From Patescibacteria group bacterium (lineage in GTDB: Bacteria > Patescibacteriota > Patescibacteriia > UBA10025 > JAHIVO01): a stretch of 64,000 nucleotides of DNA. The DNA lies in assembly GCA_018816445.1 (NCBI GenBank), contig JAHIVO010000001.1, forward strand, positions 8,354-72,353, read 5' to 3'. Below are positions 10,760 to 21,201 of this stretch, in pieces; the first letter of the stretch is position 1; each line of letters begins with the position of its first letter. Position numbers and translations under genes: made by a program. The notes under the pieces are model-generated. The model was given only the letters and a program-made list of their open reading frames with translations. It did not search any database and was not told where the DNA came from.

Positions 10760-10892
10760 ATTGTTATTATCGAATATCCATTAATAGTGTGTAACTATAA
10801 AAAAGTATATCAGATTTTAAACTCATTGGAAACCTCGAGAGTTAGCACGGAAAAACGTACCAAAAAGAGACTCTTATACTTATCTCGCAAAA

Positions 10893-11861
10893 ATGAAAAA
10901 AACAACAAATATAAATAATTGTCCGATATGCAATAGTACATTAATTAATCGGGTAATTATTGCATATGATAAAACGATGCGAAGTCTTAGCTCATTATAT
11001 CCTTCAAATTTATTTTTTAAGGATTATAAAAAAATCTCGCTTCAAATCTATCAATGCCAAAGGTGTAGCTTTGCATTCTTGAATCCAAGATTATCAAGAG
11101 AGGGATTGAATCAATTATATGGGAATCTTTATAAAACAGTTTATTATGATGACAAAAGGCGTCATAAAGAATTCCAATATCAAGATTATTTTAAAAAACT
11201 AAAACATTTAAAAAAAGACGGCCCCGGGAAACTATTAGATTTTGGTTGTAATACAGGTGTATTCTTAAAGATTGCCCAAGATAATTGCTGGGACGTCATG
11301 GGTATAGAATTATCTTATCAAGCATCTCAGATAGCTAAAAAAAGGTTGGGAAATGATAGGATCATTACTGGTGCTATTGATGAATTAAAAAATCTAGACA
11401 TACAATTCGATATAATTTCGTTTTTAAACGTTCTCGAACATCTGCCAGATCCTAATTTATATATAAAAATTGCATCCAGAAAGTTATCTCCCGGCGGATT
11501 ATTATTTATCGTTGTTCCAAATTACGACAGTATCAGAAGAATTTTAATCGGTGAAAATTGGTCTCTCATTCTCCTAGAGCATATTAATTATTTCACTCGG
11601 GATTCCGTTGCGTATCTGGCATCTAATAATGGTCTAATTCTGAAACAAGGAGGTCCCATCGATTATGAAATATTTAACAGAGGATTTTTTGAAAAAATAA
11701 AAAAGATGTTTCGGAAAAATGAGGGCTCAAGTTATTCGTTTAGTTACGGACGCGATGCCTTAATAAAATTAGCATTCTTAGCATTAATAACTGATTTTGC
11801 GGGCCTGGCCATCAACCGCGGCGATTTTATTTATTATGTGATGGCTAAGAAATCCCTATAG
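10893..11861 (+). CDS. Class I SAM-dependent methyltransferase with N-terminal CxxC...CxxC
   Basis: CPIC/CQRC, LLDFGCNTG, VLEHLPDP, LSPGG, VPN, HINYF. Confidence 0.85.
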   Translation: MKKTTNINNCPICNSTLINRVIIAYDKTMRSLSSLYPSNLFFKDYKKISLQIYQCQRCSFAFLNPRLSREGLNQLYGNLYKTVYYDDKRRHKEFQYQDYFKKLKHLKKDGPGKLLDFGCNTGVFLKIAQDNCWDVMGIELSYQASQIAKKRLGNDRIITGAIDELKNLDIQFDIISFLNVLEHLPDPNLYIKIASRKLSPGGLLFIVVPNYDSIRRILIGENWSLILLEHINYFTRDSVAYLASNNGLILKQGGPIDYEIFNRGFFEKIKKMFRKNEGSSYSFSYGRDALIKLAFLALITDFAGLAINRGDFIYYVMAKKSL

Positions 11862-12572
11862 TTAATGTTTATTTATTATCGAAACCATACTACTGTCCCT
11901 GAATGGTACTGGTTCGGTAAAGGTATAATCAGGAAATCTTAACTTAATATCTTCCAAAGACCAAAAGTGTACATAAAAAAGATGTTTTTTACCAACTTTT
12001 TTAATTGGTGCCAAAATAAAAACGCCGTGATCAGCCAAACAATTTTTAACATTATTCAATGCAAAAGACAATTTAGAGTCTTTAACAATGTGTTGGATAA
12101 CGTCAATCATTAAAATTAGATTAAACCTACCGTTTATTTTGTCGGTACTGACATCCTTTTTCGTAAATTCGAAGTTGAGAAATTTTTCTTTTAGATTTGG
12201 AAACAGCGAATCGGTTATATCCAGTCCCGTATAATTTTTTACGCCTAAATCATAAAGCAGCTGGGCGTAGAAGCCATTTCCACAGCCGATATCCAAGACC
12301 GATGCTGATTTGAAGTCTATGTTTTGTTCTTGACATAAATCTACTACAACTTTGGCAGCCTCAGCATACATAATCTTATTATCCTGTTCAGGCAGACCTT
12401 CATCGCCCACTCCCCTAATAGCCATCTTGTATTTTGAGAATCTATCGTGCCAATACCGAGACGCATTGTAATCATCACCACTACCATATTTCATGGGTCC
12501 AATTATTAGTTTATAAATTACATTCTTAATAAAAACCAGGGGATTTCTAATAAATTTTGGTATGGAGTTCAT
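11862..12572 (-). CDS. Class I SAM-dependent methyltransferase
   Basis: YW motif, VLDIGCGNG, GLDI, DVIQHI. Confidence 0.8.
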   Translation of the reverse strand: MNSIPKFIRNPLVFIKNVIYKLIIGPMKYGSGDDYNASRYWHDRFSKYKMAIRGVGDEGLPEQDNKIMYAEAAKVVVDLCQEQNIDFKSASVLDIGCGNGFYAQLLYDLGVKNYTGLDITDSLFPNLKEKFLNFEFTKKDVSTDKINGRFNLILMIDVIQHIVKDSKLSFALNNVKNCLADHGVFILAPIKKVGKKHLFYVHFWSLEDIKLRFPDYTFTEPVPFRDSSMVSIINKH

Positions 12573-12600
12573 ATTATTTATCTTTAATTAATTTAATATA

Positions 12601-14469
12601 TTATTGAAATTCATAAATGAAATATTTTAGTTCATTTATTTTAGGAATAGCTGGAGGAAATTGAGTATCATCGTAAGTAACAAGTAGCCTAGTGAAATTT
12701 AATGAAAAATCATCAATTTTGTTTAGATTATCATTATTAAATAAATAATTAATATTGTCCTCGGAGTCATTATCAACAGAGGAAATTACATATATGTTTT
12801 TATTTGATGATTTATTTATATATTCTTTTATAGCTGAAATATCAATATAGGGAGTTTTTTCTTGATGATAAGCTGGCCAAATGATACCGTCTAAGCCATA
12901 GTGGTATTTTAATATGGCAGTGAATCTCCCAATTGTGTCATAATAATTTGTTGGCATAATTACAATATCGTTTGGAGTAAATTTATTTGCAATATTTGAC
13001 AATTGTTTGCCCTGGTTACGATTTTCTGAATAGAAAAAAATTTTAGATAAGAATATAATATTTAATAATAAAATAATTATTACTAAACTTATCGGTATTA
13101 TATTAATTTTATTGAATTTTTTTAATGCTTGGAATTCAATTCTTTTTATATCTACAATAACAATAGAAGCTAATAACATTACGTAAGGGATAAAGATAGC
13201 CCAATATCTTCTAAGGGCCCAGGGTTGATCCCTGGCGATTAAAGGATCGTAAAGATAAAGAAAACTTGGCAAAACAATTATAGTTATTAAAAAAATAATA
13301 AATTTATATTGTCTTTTGTAGAGACCAATTAAAGAAAGTATGATATAGGGAAGAATTAGATAGAAAAATAAAATTGAGAATACATAATTTATATCACCAA
13401 GTTTATCAACCTCTTTGATCCTATATGTACTTGTACTAATAAAATTTTCTTGTATAAAAACATTATCTGCCATAGTAGGAATGATTTTCGTAGAGAAAAC
13501 TACCAATGGGCGTACAACAAATCTAGCTACATGCATAATTTGAGCGTAAGAGGGGGGCAGAAAAAATACTATATATCCGATAAAAATACAAATCAAAAAT
13601 AAAATAACTAGCAGAATATTTTTATTGATTTTTTGATTGGGCCATTTATTTTTTTGATAATTATTTATTATAATTATTACTATCAAAAAGGTAAAAAGAT
13701 GGAAAATTCCCTCAACCCTTACAAAAAGTGTGACTAATATTGGAATTAAACTAGATAATACAAACGAAAGATTTTTATTATAATATCCTTTTATTAGTAA
13801 ATATATGCCAAACCAAAAGAGAAAAAGCATAATATTTTCGGAAAGTGTTTGACGGCTGAAATATATTGTTAAGTAATGGGAAGCAAAAAAGAGTACGAAT
13901 AAAATTCCCGCCCATTTATTTTTTATTGATTTTCCCAAAAAATAAAAGATACAAAGGGACAAAAATAGAAGTAAACTATTTGCCAAAAAGAGCCCTAATA
14001 GTCCGCCCCACGTATAAAATAATGCTAAATATACTGGATATCCAATAATTCTACTTAATACCAATTGATTACTGAAGGTTGATTTAATTGATCCACTATA
14101 GCTAAAGCTTGGATCAAGATTAATTTTTCCCTCGTGAGATAAAATTACCGCATTAGCTACATAACCACCATAATCCCTGGTAGCACCAAGGTTTTCATAA
14201 TAAAAAAGACCATTAACAATTGAAAATATCAGTAATAATAATATTAGAGCAACTTCAAATTTTATAACTTTATTATTACTTTTTTTACGATACCTTTTGA
14301 AATGATACCAGATTAAAAATAATATAAATATTCCAATTATTATTGGCGCGATCCATTGTGCAAAGATTTGAAAAACTTCAAAAAAAGAGCTTATTATGCC
14401 GGCGATTATCAGTCCAATTACAAAAAATGATATTTTTACAATATTTTTTTCAATAATATTTTCATTCAT
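12601..14469 (-). CDS. Polytopic membrane protein, GT-C-like glycosyltransferase
   Basis: About 13 hydrophobic segments; RDYGGY in the first loop; SRQTLSE, RVEG, PWALRRY; soluble C-terminal domain. Confidence 0.6.
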   Translation of the reverse strand: MNENIIEKNIVKISFFVIGLIIAGIISSFFEVFQIFAQWIAPIIIGIFILFLIWYHFKRYRKKSNNKVIKFEVALILLLLIFSIVNGLFYYENLGATRDYGGYVANAVILSHEGKINLDPSFSYSGSIKSTFSNQLVLSRIIGYPVYLALFYTWGGLLGLFLANSLLLFLSLCIFYFLGKSIKNKWAGILFVLFFASHYLTIYFSRQTLSENIMLFLFWFGIYLLIKGYYNKNLSFVLSSLIPILVTLFVRVEGIFHLFTFLIVIIIINNYQKNKWPNQKINKNILLVILFLICIFIGYIVFFLPPSYAQIMHVARFVVRPLVVFSTKIIPTMADNVFIQENFISTSTYRIKEVDKLGDINYVFSILFFYLILPYIILSLIGLYKRQYKFIIFLITIIVLPSFLYLYDPLIARDQPWALRRYWAIFIPYVMLLASIVIVDIKRIEFQALKKFNKINIIPISLVIIILLLNIIFLSKIFFYSENRNQGKQLSNIANKFTPNDIVIMPTNYYDTIGRFTAILKYHYGLDGIIWPAYHQEKTPYIDISAIKEYINKSSNKNIYVISSVDNDSEDNINYLFNNDNLNKIDDFSLNFTRLLVTYDDTQFPPAIPKINELKYFIYEFQ

Positions 14470-14474
14470 TAGTA

Positions 14475-15980
14475 TTATACCTTCTCAATTATTGCTTCTG
14501 AAATCGGATGACCATCAAAAATATTAGATTGTTCAATATTCATTAGCTTGAATATTGTAGGCGCAATGTCTATAATATTGTTCTGCTTTAATTCCATATT
14601 TGTTTTAATATCCGGTCCGTAGGAAATGAATATTCCGTCAAGGCTGTGATATTGAAATTTTCCTTTAACAAAAGCAGGACCCATAATACTTTTTATCAGA
14701 TATTTTGAAGAATATAATATTATATCCGGCCCATTTCTCACCTGTCTGCCAGAATATATTTTTTGTGAATCTGCTACAACGTCAAATACACGATCCTTAT
14801 TGTCAGGTCCTTTTATCTTGGTGAGTTTATCAATAATCTCTTGTTTAATTTTTTTATATTCATTATCATTGTCAATAATTCCATTTGAAAATCTGCCTTT
14901 ACGGTTTAGATAGATTAAGTTTGATAAGCTATATACAGATGAATTAAGTGTATCAATGCCAATATCCTGGTCTACATATATTGGTAATATTTTTTTAATT
15001 TTGTCATATATTTTTTTCGCAAACTTGAATATAGTGGGATATTTCCACATAAAGGAAGTCAGACCAGACAGATTTAAATTTAATGCTTTTTTTGCAGATT
15101 TATCTCTGCTTTCTGAAATTTTACCGAAATCAATATGCTTTTTATTTTTTGATTTAAATTGCAGATAATTTTCTTTAGCCAGCCATTCATTCAAAAAGAA
15201 TACTCCTTTCAAATCAGAAAAACCGTGATCAGACATAACTAGTAAGTTAGTATTTGCCGGCAAGTTATCCGCGAACCACCCAAGGTAGCTATCAATATCT
15301 TGGTAAATATTTATTACTGACTGATTCTTTTTAAGATCTTGATTAATTAAATCATGATATTTTGTATGTTGTATCCAGTCTGTACCGCTAAAAAGGACGA
15401 AGAAAAAATCCCATGGTTTATTTTTGAATAGTTTTTGTGCACATTTAAACCTTGTCTGTTCAATGTCACGTATCTCATGAATATGCTCTTTCAGTTTACG
15501 TTCTTTTTTTCCTTCTGGAGCTAATTTATATTTGGTGAACTCAGGGATTTCATCAATTAATTTTTTAGGAAAAACAAAGTCATCTCCGCGCGTGAGCAAA
15601 CTTGTTATAACTATTTCAGATAATTTTGGGGGAAAAGATACAGGTAAATTAACTAAAATACATTTTTTTCCAATTTCATCCAACTGTTCGTAAAAGGTTT
15701 TTACTTTTATTGAATTACTTGAAATAGGTGCATAGTCGTCAAGATCATTCTCTGGCGTCACGAATTCAAAACAACCGTGCTGACCAGGATTTGCACCCGT
15801 TGCAAATGACGTCCAGGCAGGTGCAGTAACTGGGGGTAGGGTAGTTCTAAGGGAGCTGAATGATCCATTTTCCTTAATTTTTTTTATATTGGGCAAGAAA
15901 CCCCCGTCAATTAGTTTATTGATCAATTGCCAATTTACTCCGTCTAGGCCTATGACTATTACTTTTTTACTATTATTCAT
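14475..15980 (-). CDS. Alkaline-phosphatase-superfamily protein (type I phosphodiesterase/nucleotide pyrophosphatase family), no signal peptide
   Basis: VIGLDG, PPVTAPAWTSFATG (Thr nucleophile), TDWIQH, MSDHG, H..DG, DIAPTI. Confidence 0.85.
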   Translation of the reverse strand: MNNSKKVIVIGLDGVNWQLINKLIDGGFLPNIKKIKENGSFSSLRTTLPPVTAPAWTSFATGANPGQHGCFEFVTPENDLDDYAPISSNSIKVKTFYEQLDEIGKKCILVNLPVSFPPKLSEIVITSLLTRGDDFVFPKKLIDEIPEFTKYKLAPEGKKERKLKEHIHEIRDIEQTRFKCAQKLFKNKPWDFFFVLFSGTDWIQHTKYHDLINQDLKKNQSVINIYQDIDSYLGWFADNLPANTNLLVMSDHGFSDLKGVFFLNEWLAKENYLQFKSKNKKHIDFGKISESRDKSAKKALNLNLSGLTSFMWKYPTIFKFAKKIYDKIKKILPIYVDQDIGIDTLNSSVYSLSNLIYLNRKGRFSNGIIDNDNEYKKIKQEIIDKLTKIKGPDNKDRVFDVVADSQKIYSGRQVRNGPDIILYSSKYLIKSIMGPAFVKGKFQYHSLDGIFISYGPDIKTNMELKQNNIIDIAPTIFKLMNIEQSNIFDGHPISEAIIEKV

Positions 15981-15994
15981 GCTGAATATGTGTA

Positions 15995-17458
15995 TTAAAT
16001 GTCAGTTTTTTTATTAATATTTTTACCAGTAAAAAAATTCCTTAGTATTAATATATCATTTTTTGAGAATTCTTTAAACATTACTAAGGTGATCAGATAT
16101 ATCAATACTAGTATTGAATATAATGCTAATATTTTAAAATTAGAAAAATCCAATTCGGTAATCAATACCTTACAAACTATTCCAACTACTAAGGAGGCAA
16201 TAATAATTTTAATAATGGAAATCCAGTTAGTGATTTTATTAATTTTTTTCCAAACGTAAATATATGAAAACAACAAACCAATCACCCCAACGAATGTTGT
16301 TGCCCAGGCAGCACCATTTATGCCATACTTTGGTATTAACAGCAAATTAGCGGCTATACTGGCAAGAATAAGCATGATAGTAAGGTATAATGACATCTTT
16401 TGCTGGCCTATAGAAATAATAATTGTCATCATAACCCTGGTTAAGGCTAACAATGACATGCCAAATACCAGAATACTAAAGGACGTTATGGCAGGGTTAT
16501 ATTTGTCGGAAAATATTAACGGAATTAAATTACCTGCGGTTAAGCTAGCAATAATAGTTAAAGGTCCAAGAATAATCAAACTTAGTCGGATGGCTTGCTT
16601 AATATTTTCCCTAACTTTTTCAATAAGGTTCTTATAATAATAGCCTGAAATAATTGGCAGTAAACTGATAACAAAGCCAGCTAAAATTATATATAAAAAT
16701 CTAGATAAAGTAGTAGCGGAATTGTAATAGCCAGCCGAATCTTGATTATTAGAAAAATACTTTACAAGAAATAAATCTATACTCATCAATAAAGGAAAGC
16801 CAAAAGCATAAAAGGAAATAGTAATAGTTGTATTAAATAACTTTTTTCCGGGAAAATGATCTAGTCCATTTTTAATTTTTGTAAACGACATAGCGGTAAT
16901 TAAAGATACTAGGGCGGCAAGAAAATACGCTAATAATATTGCATCTAAGTCTAAGCCCATTAGTAAAAAGATTACAACTAATACCAGTTTACTTATAGCG
17001 GCAATAATAGCAATTAATGATTGTTTATTAAAACGTTTTAAGCCATTTAAAACGCCAATATATACTGTTCTGATGCCGTAGAGCGGTATTAATAGAGCGG
17101 AAAGTCTAATGTAGTATGCCATTTGAGGATCACCAAACCCCCGGCTGATCAGATCGGCTAAGCCGTAATAAATCAAGGCAATTATCGGAGTTAATATGAT
17201 CTCAATCTTTAAACTTTTTCTTAAAATTGTTTTTGCTGCAGTTTCCTTCTCAGCGATACTGCGGCTAATTCCTTGAAAAAATCCTGAGGTTAGTATAGTA
17301 TTAAGAAGATTTATCAGATATATAACAATTCCAAAAGTTCCATATAAAGCTGGATCAAAAAAACGTCCTATTAATATCTGTATAATATAACCGCTTCCCA
17401 TAAAAATTAGATTTGCAAAAGTAAGGTAAGCGGCGCCTTTAAATAATAAATTATTCAT
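15995..17458 (-). CDS. Wzx/MOP-family oligosaccharide flippase
   Basis: About 14 TM segments; IDLFLVKYF...AGYYNSA; LLIPKYGINGAAWAT. Confidence 0.88.
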   Translation of the reverse strand: MNNLLFKGAAYLTFANLIFMGSGYIIQILIGRFFDPALYGTFGIVIYLINLLNTILTSGFFQGISRSIAEKETAAKTILRKSLKIEIILTPIIALIYYGLADLISRGFGDPQMAYYIRLSALLIPLYGIRTVYIGVLNGLKRFNKQSLIAIIAAISKLVLVVIFLLMGLDLDAILLAYFLAALVSLITAMSFTKIKNGLDHFPGKKLFNTTITISFYAFGFPLLMSIDLFLVKYFSNNQDSAGYYNSATTLSRFLYIILAGFVISLLPIISGYYYKNLIEKVRENIKQAIRLSLIILGPLTIIASLTAGNLIPLIFSDKYNPAITSFSILVFGMSLLALTRVMMTIIISIGQQKMSLYLTIMLILASIAANLLLIPKYGINGAAWATTFVGVIGLLFSYIYVWKKINKITNWISIIKIIIASLVVGIVCKVLITELDFSNFKILALYSILVLIYLITLVMFKEFSKNDILILRNFFTGKNINKKTDI

Positions 17459-17527
17459 ATTTATTGAAAACTACAATTATTCATAATTAATAAAAAGACA
17501 GAAGTTTTTTATTTAATAATTGGGGAA

Positions 17528-17980
17528 ATGATATATTATCATATGGAGAATAAAAGCAATATGATAAGGTTATTTAAACCAACAACAATTAAGAATATAA
17601 TAGAATATTTCAGAGAGATATCACGACTTATTTTTGTAATATTAATAATAATATATTTATTAAGCCTAATTGTAGATAATTACTGGGAAGGTTTTTTTTC
17701 AAGCACTTTTAGTTTAAATATTATTTTATTGATGACCGTGATAGCTGGGATATTTACCATCATTACAGGGGAGGGCAGGAAGTCTAAATTTAATGTTAAT
17801 ATCCAATCTAATTTTAAAAGAAATTTTTTAAAGATGCCGTTAGTATTATTTATCACCTTACTGGTAATTGTAATGACAGTAAATGTTTTTGAAAATATAG
17901 AATTTTTTGAAATAATTTTAACTATATTAATTGGTATACTATCAGCGCTTATTATATCAATATTATTCATTAATGAATAA
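17528..17980 (+). CDS. Small 4-TM membrane protein, paralogue 1 of 3
   Basis: Hydrophobic; YLLSLIVDNYWEGFFSSTFSLNIILL resembles 24788 and 49730; start could be ATG 17543 or 17561. Confidence 0.65.
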   Translation: MIYYHMENKSNMIRLFKPTTIKNIIEYFREISRLIFVILIIIYLLSLIVDNYWEGFFSSTFSLNIILLMTVIAGIFTIITGEGRKSKFNVNIQSNFKRNFLKMPLVLFITLLVIVMTVNVFENIEFFEIILTILIGILSALIISILFINE

Positions 17981-18024
17981 TTAACACTCATTAATTGATA
18001 TGATATGATGGTATGATGTTTAAT

Positions 18025-18231
18025 TTAGAGGTATCCCAAGCTTTTTAATCTTTCCTTAACTGATTCGTCATCATCTTTACTAAATTTTTTATCTGTATCT
18101 TGTTTTGGTTGCTTAAGAACTTCTTCTAACACAAAATTAACAAATCCCTCAACAGAAGAAAATTCACTTGAGGATTTTATTTTTTTTTGAATTTGTTGAA
18201 ATATTTTTTCGTCCAGTTTAATTGAATTCAT
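18025..18231 (-). CDS. Small ribbon-helix-helix (CopG-like) protein with RLKSLGYL C-terminal tail
   Basis: MNSIKLDEKIFQQIQKKI...FSSVEGFVNFVLEEVL...DDESVKERLKSLGYL; start moved to ATG 18231 by alignment with 21202..21420. Confidence 0.75.
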   Translation of the reverse strand: MNSIKLDEKIFQQIQKKIKSSSEFSSVEGFVNFVLEEVLKQPKQDTDKKFSKDDDESVKERLKSLGYL

Positions 18232-18344
18232 TTTTTTATAATTAATGCTTATTAAATTATTATTTACAATAACCTCAGAAAACCAAATTCCAAATACGTT
18301 CGTGAGCATAATTATGCATCTCTTTTAAATTTATATTTATATTA

Positions 18345-19586
18345 TTAATTAAGTGTGATAATGCCACCTGCTACAACTGCGCCATTTCTGATTAAAATAA
18401 ATCTACCTAACTCCGGAATATTATTAAAATCTTCAATTATTACTGGATTATCAGCTTTGAGTTTGACTGTAGCAATTTCCATCTCTTTAAGTTCATTAGA
18501 TTTGTCTTCAATAATCTTAAGTGAAGATGAATTTATGCGATTGGTTATAGATTCTGCGAACACACCAATTTCCTGAGTGGCGCATTGTAGTGTGAGATTC
18601 TCTTTAATGCTTAATGGCTCTTTTGACATCCAAAATAGATTTCCCACTACCTCGTCGGTTGATTTTGGTTTATTATCACTTTGGGTGGCAATATCACCAC
18701 GATCTACAAAAATTGGGTCTATTAATGTTATTCCAATATTTTCTCCGGCTGAAGCCGATTCCAGCTGTTGGTTCATTTTTTCTATTGTTTTAATTGATGA
18801 TTTATTACCTTTTGGTAAGAAGGTTACTTCATCGCCTTTTTTAATTGTGCCAGATGCAATTTGTCCGGCAATAATGCGTATTTCGTCAAATTTATATAAA
18901 TCCTGGATTGGCATTCTAAATGGCTTATTGGAGAGATTTTTTGTTTCCTTGAACGTTTCCAGTGCTTCTAAAACTGTTTTATCTTCGTACCAATCCATAT
19001 TATCTGATTTTTTTGCAATATTATCTCCTTTGAAAGCTGAGATTGGAATAATGAAGGTAGGAGTTATTTTAATTTTTTTAAGAAATTCCAGCAACTCTTT
19101 TTTTACTTTTATGTAATTTTCTTCTTTATATTTTACCTTGTCCATTTTATTAATTACAACGATTACTTGTTCCAGACCCAACAAGCTTAAGAATTTTGCA
19201 TGTCGCTTTGTTTGCTCTTGGATACCTTCATTGGCATCTACGATTAAAATTGCTGCTTCGGCCTGTGAGGCACCTGTTATCATATTTTTTGTAAATTCAA
19301 CATGGCCTGGTGCATCAATGATGACATACTCCCTGGCATCAGTTTTGAAAAATATTTGTGCAGTGTCAATAGTAATATTCTGGTCTCTTTCTTCAATCAT
19401 GTGATCCATAAGATAAGCGTATTCAAACTGCTTGCCTTGTTGTTTGCAGATTGTTTTTACCTCAGATATTTTTTCTTCTGTTATTGATTTTGTATCACAT
19501 AATAGTCGGCCAATAAGTGTTGATTTTCCATGATCAACATGTCCTACAAAAACAATTTTAAATTTTGATTCTTTTTGATTCCTCAT
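18345..19586 (-). CDS. cysN: Sulfate adenylyltransferase subunit 1 (GTPase), without a fused APS-kinase domain
   Basis: GHVDHGKSTLIGRLL, ITID, DAPGH, NMITGAS, QTKRH, NKMD, SAFKGDN, GRFIL; directly downstream of cysD. Confidence 0.88.
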   Translation of the reverse strand: MRNQKESKFKIVFVGHVDHGKSTLIGRLLCDTKSITEEKISEVKTICKQQGKQFEYAYLMDHMIEERDQNITIDTAQIFFKTDAREYVIIDAPGHVEFTKNMITGASQAEAAILIVDANEGIQEQTKRHAKFLSLLGLEQVIVVINKMDKVKYKEENYIKVKKELLEFLKKIKITPTFIIPISAFKGDNIAKKSDNMDWYEDKTVLEALETFKETKNLSNKPFRMPIQDLYKFDEIRIIAGQIASGTIKKGDEVTFLPKGNKSSIKTIEKMNQQLESASAGENIGITLIDPIFVDRGDIATQSDNKPKSTDEVVGNLFWMSKEPLSIKENLTLQCATQEIGVFAESITNRINSSSLKIIEDKSNELKEMEIATVKLKADNPVIIEDFNNIPELGRFILIRNGAVVAGGIITLN

Positions 19587-19623
19587 ATTTTTTTAATTTT
19601 GATATTTAATATTTCAATTAGTA

Positions 19624-20439
19624 TTACATGTATCCTAATTTTCTCAAGCGCTGCATAACATAAGCAGCTTCTTTGTCTTGAGAGCGGCCAGCTCTTTCGG
19701 AGCTTTTTGATTTTTTAATTTCTTCGATAATTTTATCAACAGTATCAGCGTCTGATTTAATTGGCTTTGTATTTGGTTTGCATCCGAGGCTCCGATATCG
19801 TAAGCCATTTTTGGCAAAGTATAGTTTATTAATAGGCAGATTTTCTCTTTTTATATATTTCCAAACATCCACTTCAGTCCAATGGAGCAAAGGATGGATT
19901 CTAACATGCGTCTGATCGTCTGAAATTGACCTGTATTGGTTCCAAAGTTCGGGGGGCTGGTTCTTGTAGTCCCAGTTAAATTTTTGGTCTCTAGGAGAAA
20001 ATACGCGCTCCTTAGCCCTAATACCATGCTCATCCCGTCTAATTCCTAGAATTAGCGCCTTAAAATCATGTTTAGCCATGCATTGCTTTAGTGCATTAGT
20101 TTTAAGTTCATTACAGCACGTAAAGCCATCTCCTTCGCCGCACTTAACGCCCCTGGCCATAGCTTCTTTATTCATAGCAATTATTAGATTTAACTTCCAT
20201 TCTTTGGCATATTTATCTCTGAATTCATACATTTCTTCAAACTTAGCTCCAGTGTCAATGTGAATAACAGGGAAGGGGATGTGGCCAAAAAAAGATTTAC
20301 GGCATAATTGGATTAAAGTAGTTGAGTCTTTTCCAATAGACCAGAGAACAGCTATTTTTTTAAACTGATTATAAGCCTCACGGATGATGTAAACACTTTT
20401 GTTTTCTAGTTCATCTAAATGATTCATATTATTTGACAT
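19624..20439 (-). CDS. cysD: Sulfate adenylyltransferase subunit 2
   Basis: LDELENKSVYIIREA, WSIGKDS (PP-loop), HIDTG, GIRRDE...RAKERVFSPR, QPPELW, RIHPLLHWTE, RYRSLGC, SERAGR. Confidence 0.92.
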   Translation of the reverse strand: MSNNMNHLDELENKSVYIIREAYNQFKKIAVLWSIGKDSTTLIQLCRKSFFGHIPFPVIHIDTGAKFEEMYEFRDKYAKEWKLNLIIAMNKEAMARGVKCGEGDGFTCCNELKTNALKQCMAKHDFKALILGIRRDEHGIRAKERVFSPRDQKFNWDYKNQPPELWNQYRSISDDQTHVRIHPLLHWTEVDVWKYIKRENLPINKLYFAKNGLRYRSLGCKPNTKPIKSDADTVDKIIEEIKKSKSSERAGRSQDKEAAYVMQRLRKLGYM

Positions 20440-21193
20440 TAAAATAACTAATTAGTCCATTAAATACATCTATAGGTTGGTTAACCTTAAATGGAATATT
20501 TTTTGCGATGGCAATGGCATCTGGGTGATGATCGCCTTTCAATTCATTGCCTGTTGAGGTAATTTTTGGTAAAGTCTGAACTGGAGCTTTGTCATAATCT
20601 GTAAATCCATGATCAGAAAGAATCAATACTTTTTCATCAAGTTCAAAAATTTTATTTACTGCTTTATCAATTTTTATATAATAATCTATTAAGGATTCTC
20701 CTCCCCAGTGTAAATGGGACATCTTATCCAATGCGGTATATACAGCAATAAATAGTTCTGGTTTACTATCTCCTGTAACAGAGACAATTTTATTGGTAAT
20801 TTCTGTGATTTCAGTATTCAGCTCTTCTTGAGTAAGGGGGACACCATAACCAGGAGGATTAAAGTAAATATTATAATTATAAGGTGGTACAATAAAAGGA
20901 ATGTTCAATGCTTTAACCGATATATTATTTCTACTGAGAATATCCCATATAAAATCAACTTTTACGTCATTCCGAGTTTGGACTTCACCGTCTTTAACAA
21001 AATCCAGGTGGTTATGTTCTTCGGGTAGTTTTCCAGAAAACATTGAACACCAAACTGAAGCAGACCATGGTTTTTGTTGCAGGCTGATTGTATAATTATC
21101 ATGCTGTGACAATATTTTTTTAAAGGTGGGCAATTTGTCAATATTGGGTTTGATAATATCCCAAGTAGCACCGTCAAGCCCAATTATAAACAT
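20429..21193 (-). CDS. Compact alkaline-phosphatase-superfamily (NPP-like) protein, no signal peptide
   Basis: IIGLDGATW, PWSASVWCSMFSG (Ser at the nucleophile position), LDKMSH, LSDHG, GDHH; overlaps the cysD start. Confidence 0.8.
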   Translation of the reverse strand: MFIIGLDGATWDIIKPNIDKLPTFKKILSQHDNYTISLQQKPWSASVWCSMFSGKLPEEHNHLDFVKDGEVQTRNDVKVDFIWDILSRNNISVKALNIPFIVPPYNYNIYFNPPGYGVPLTQEELNTEITEITNKIVSVTGDSKPELFIAVYTALDKMSHLHWGGESLIDYYIKIDKAVNKIFELDEKVLILSDHGFTDYDKAPVQTLPKITSTGNELKGDHHPDAIAIAKNIPFKVNQPIDVFNGLISYFNVK

Positions 21194-21201
21194 AGAACTT
21201 T

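Noticed and set aside
8990-18190. A/T homopolymer runs of 8-10 nt as phase-variation tracts
   Set aside because: Expected in such AT-rich, Lys-rich coding DNA; no frameshifted gene was found at them
18232-18309. N-terminal extension MLTNVFGIWFSEV, faintly like the start of APS kinase (xxIWFTGL)
   Set aside because: No P-loop follows in any frame I checked and the match is only 3-4 residues, too weak to call a cysC remnant
18345-19586. EF-Tu/EF-1alpha call for the translational-GTPase-like ORF
   Set aside because: It is adjacent to cysD and has CysN-type motifs (STLIGRLL.D, NMITGAS, QTKRH, GRFIL)
14475-21193. Formylglycine-dependent sulfatase call for the two AP-fold proteins
   Set aside because: No C/S-x-P-x-R motif and no maturase nearby; the motifs are NPP-type
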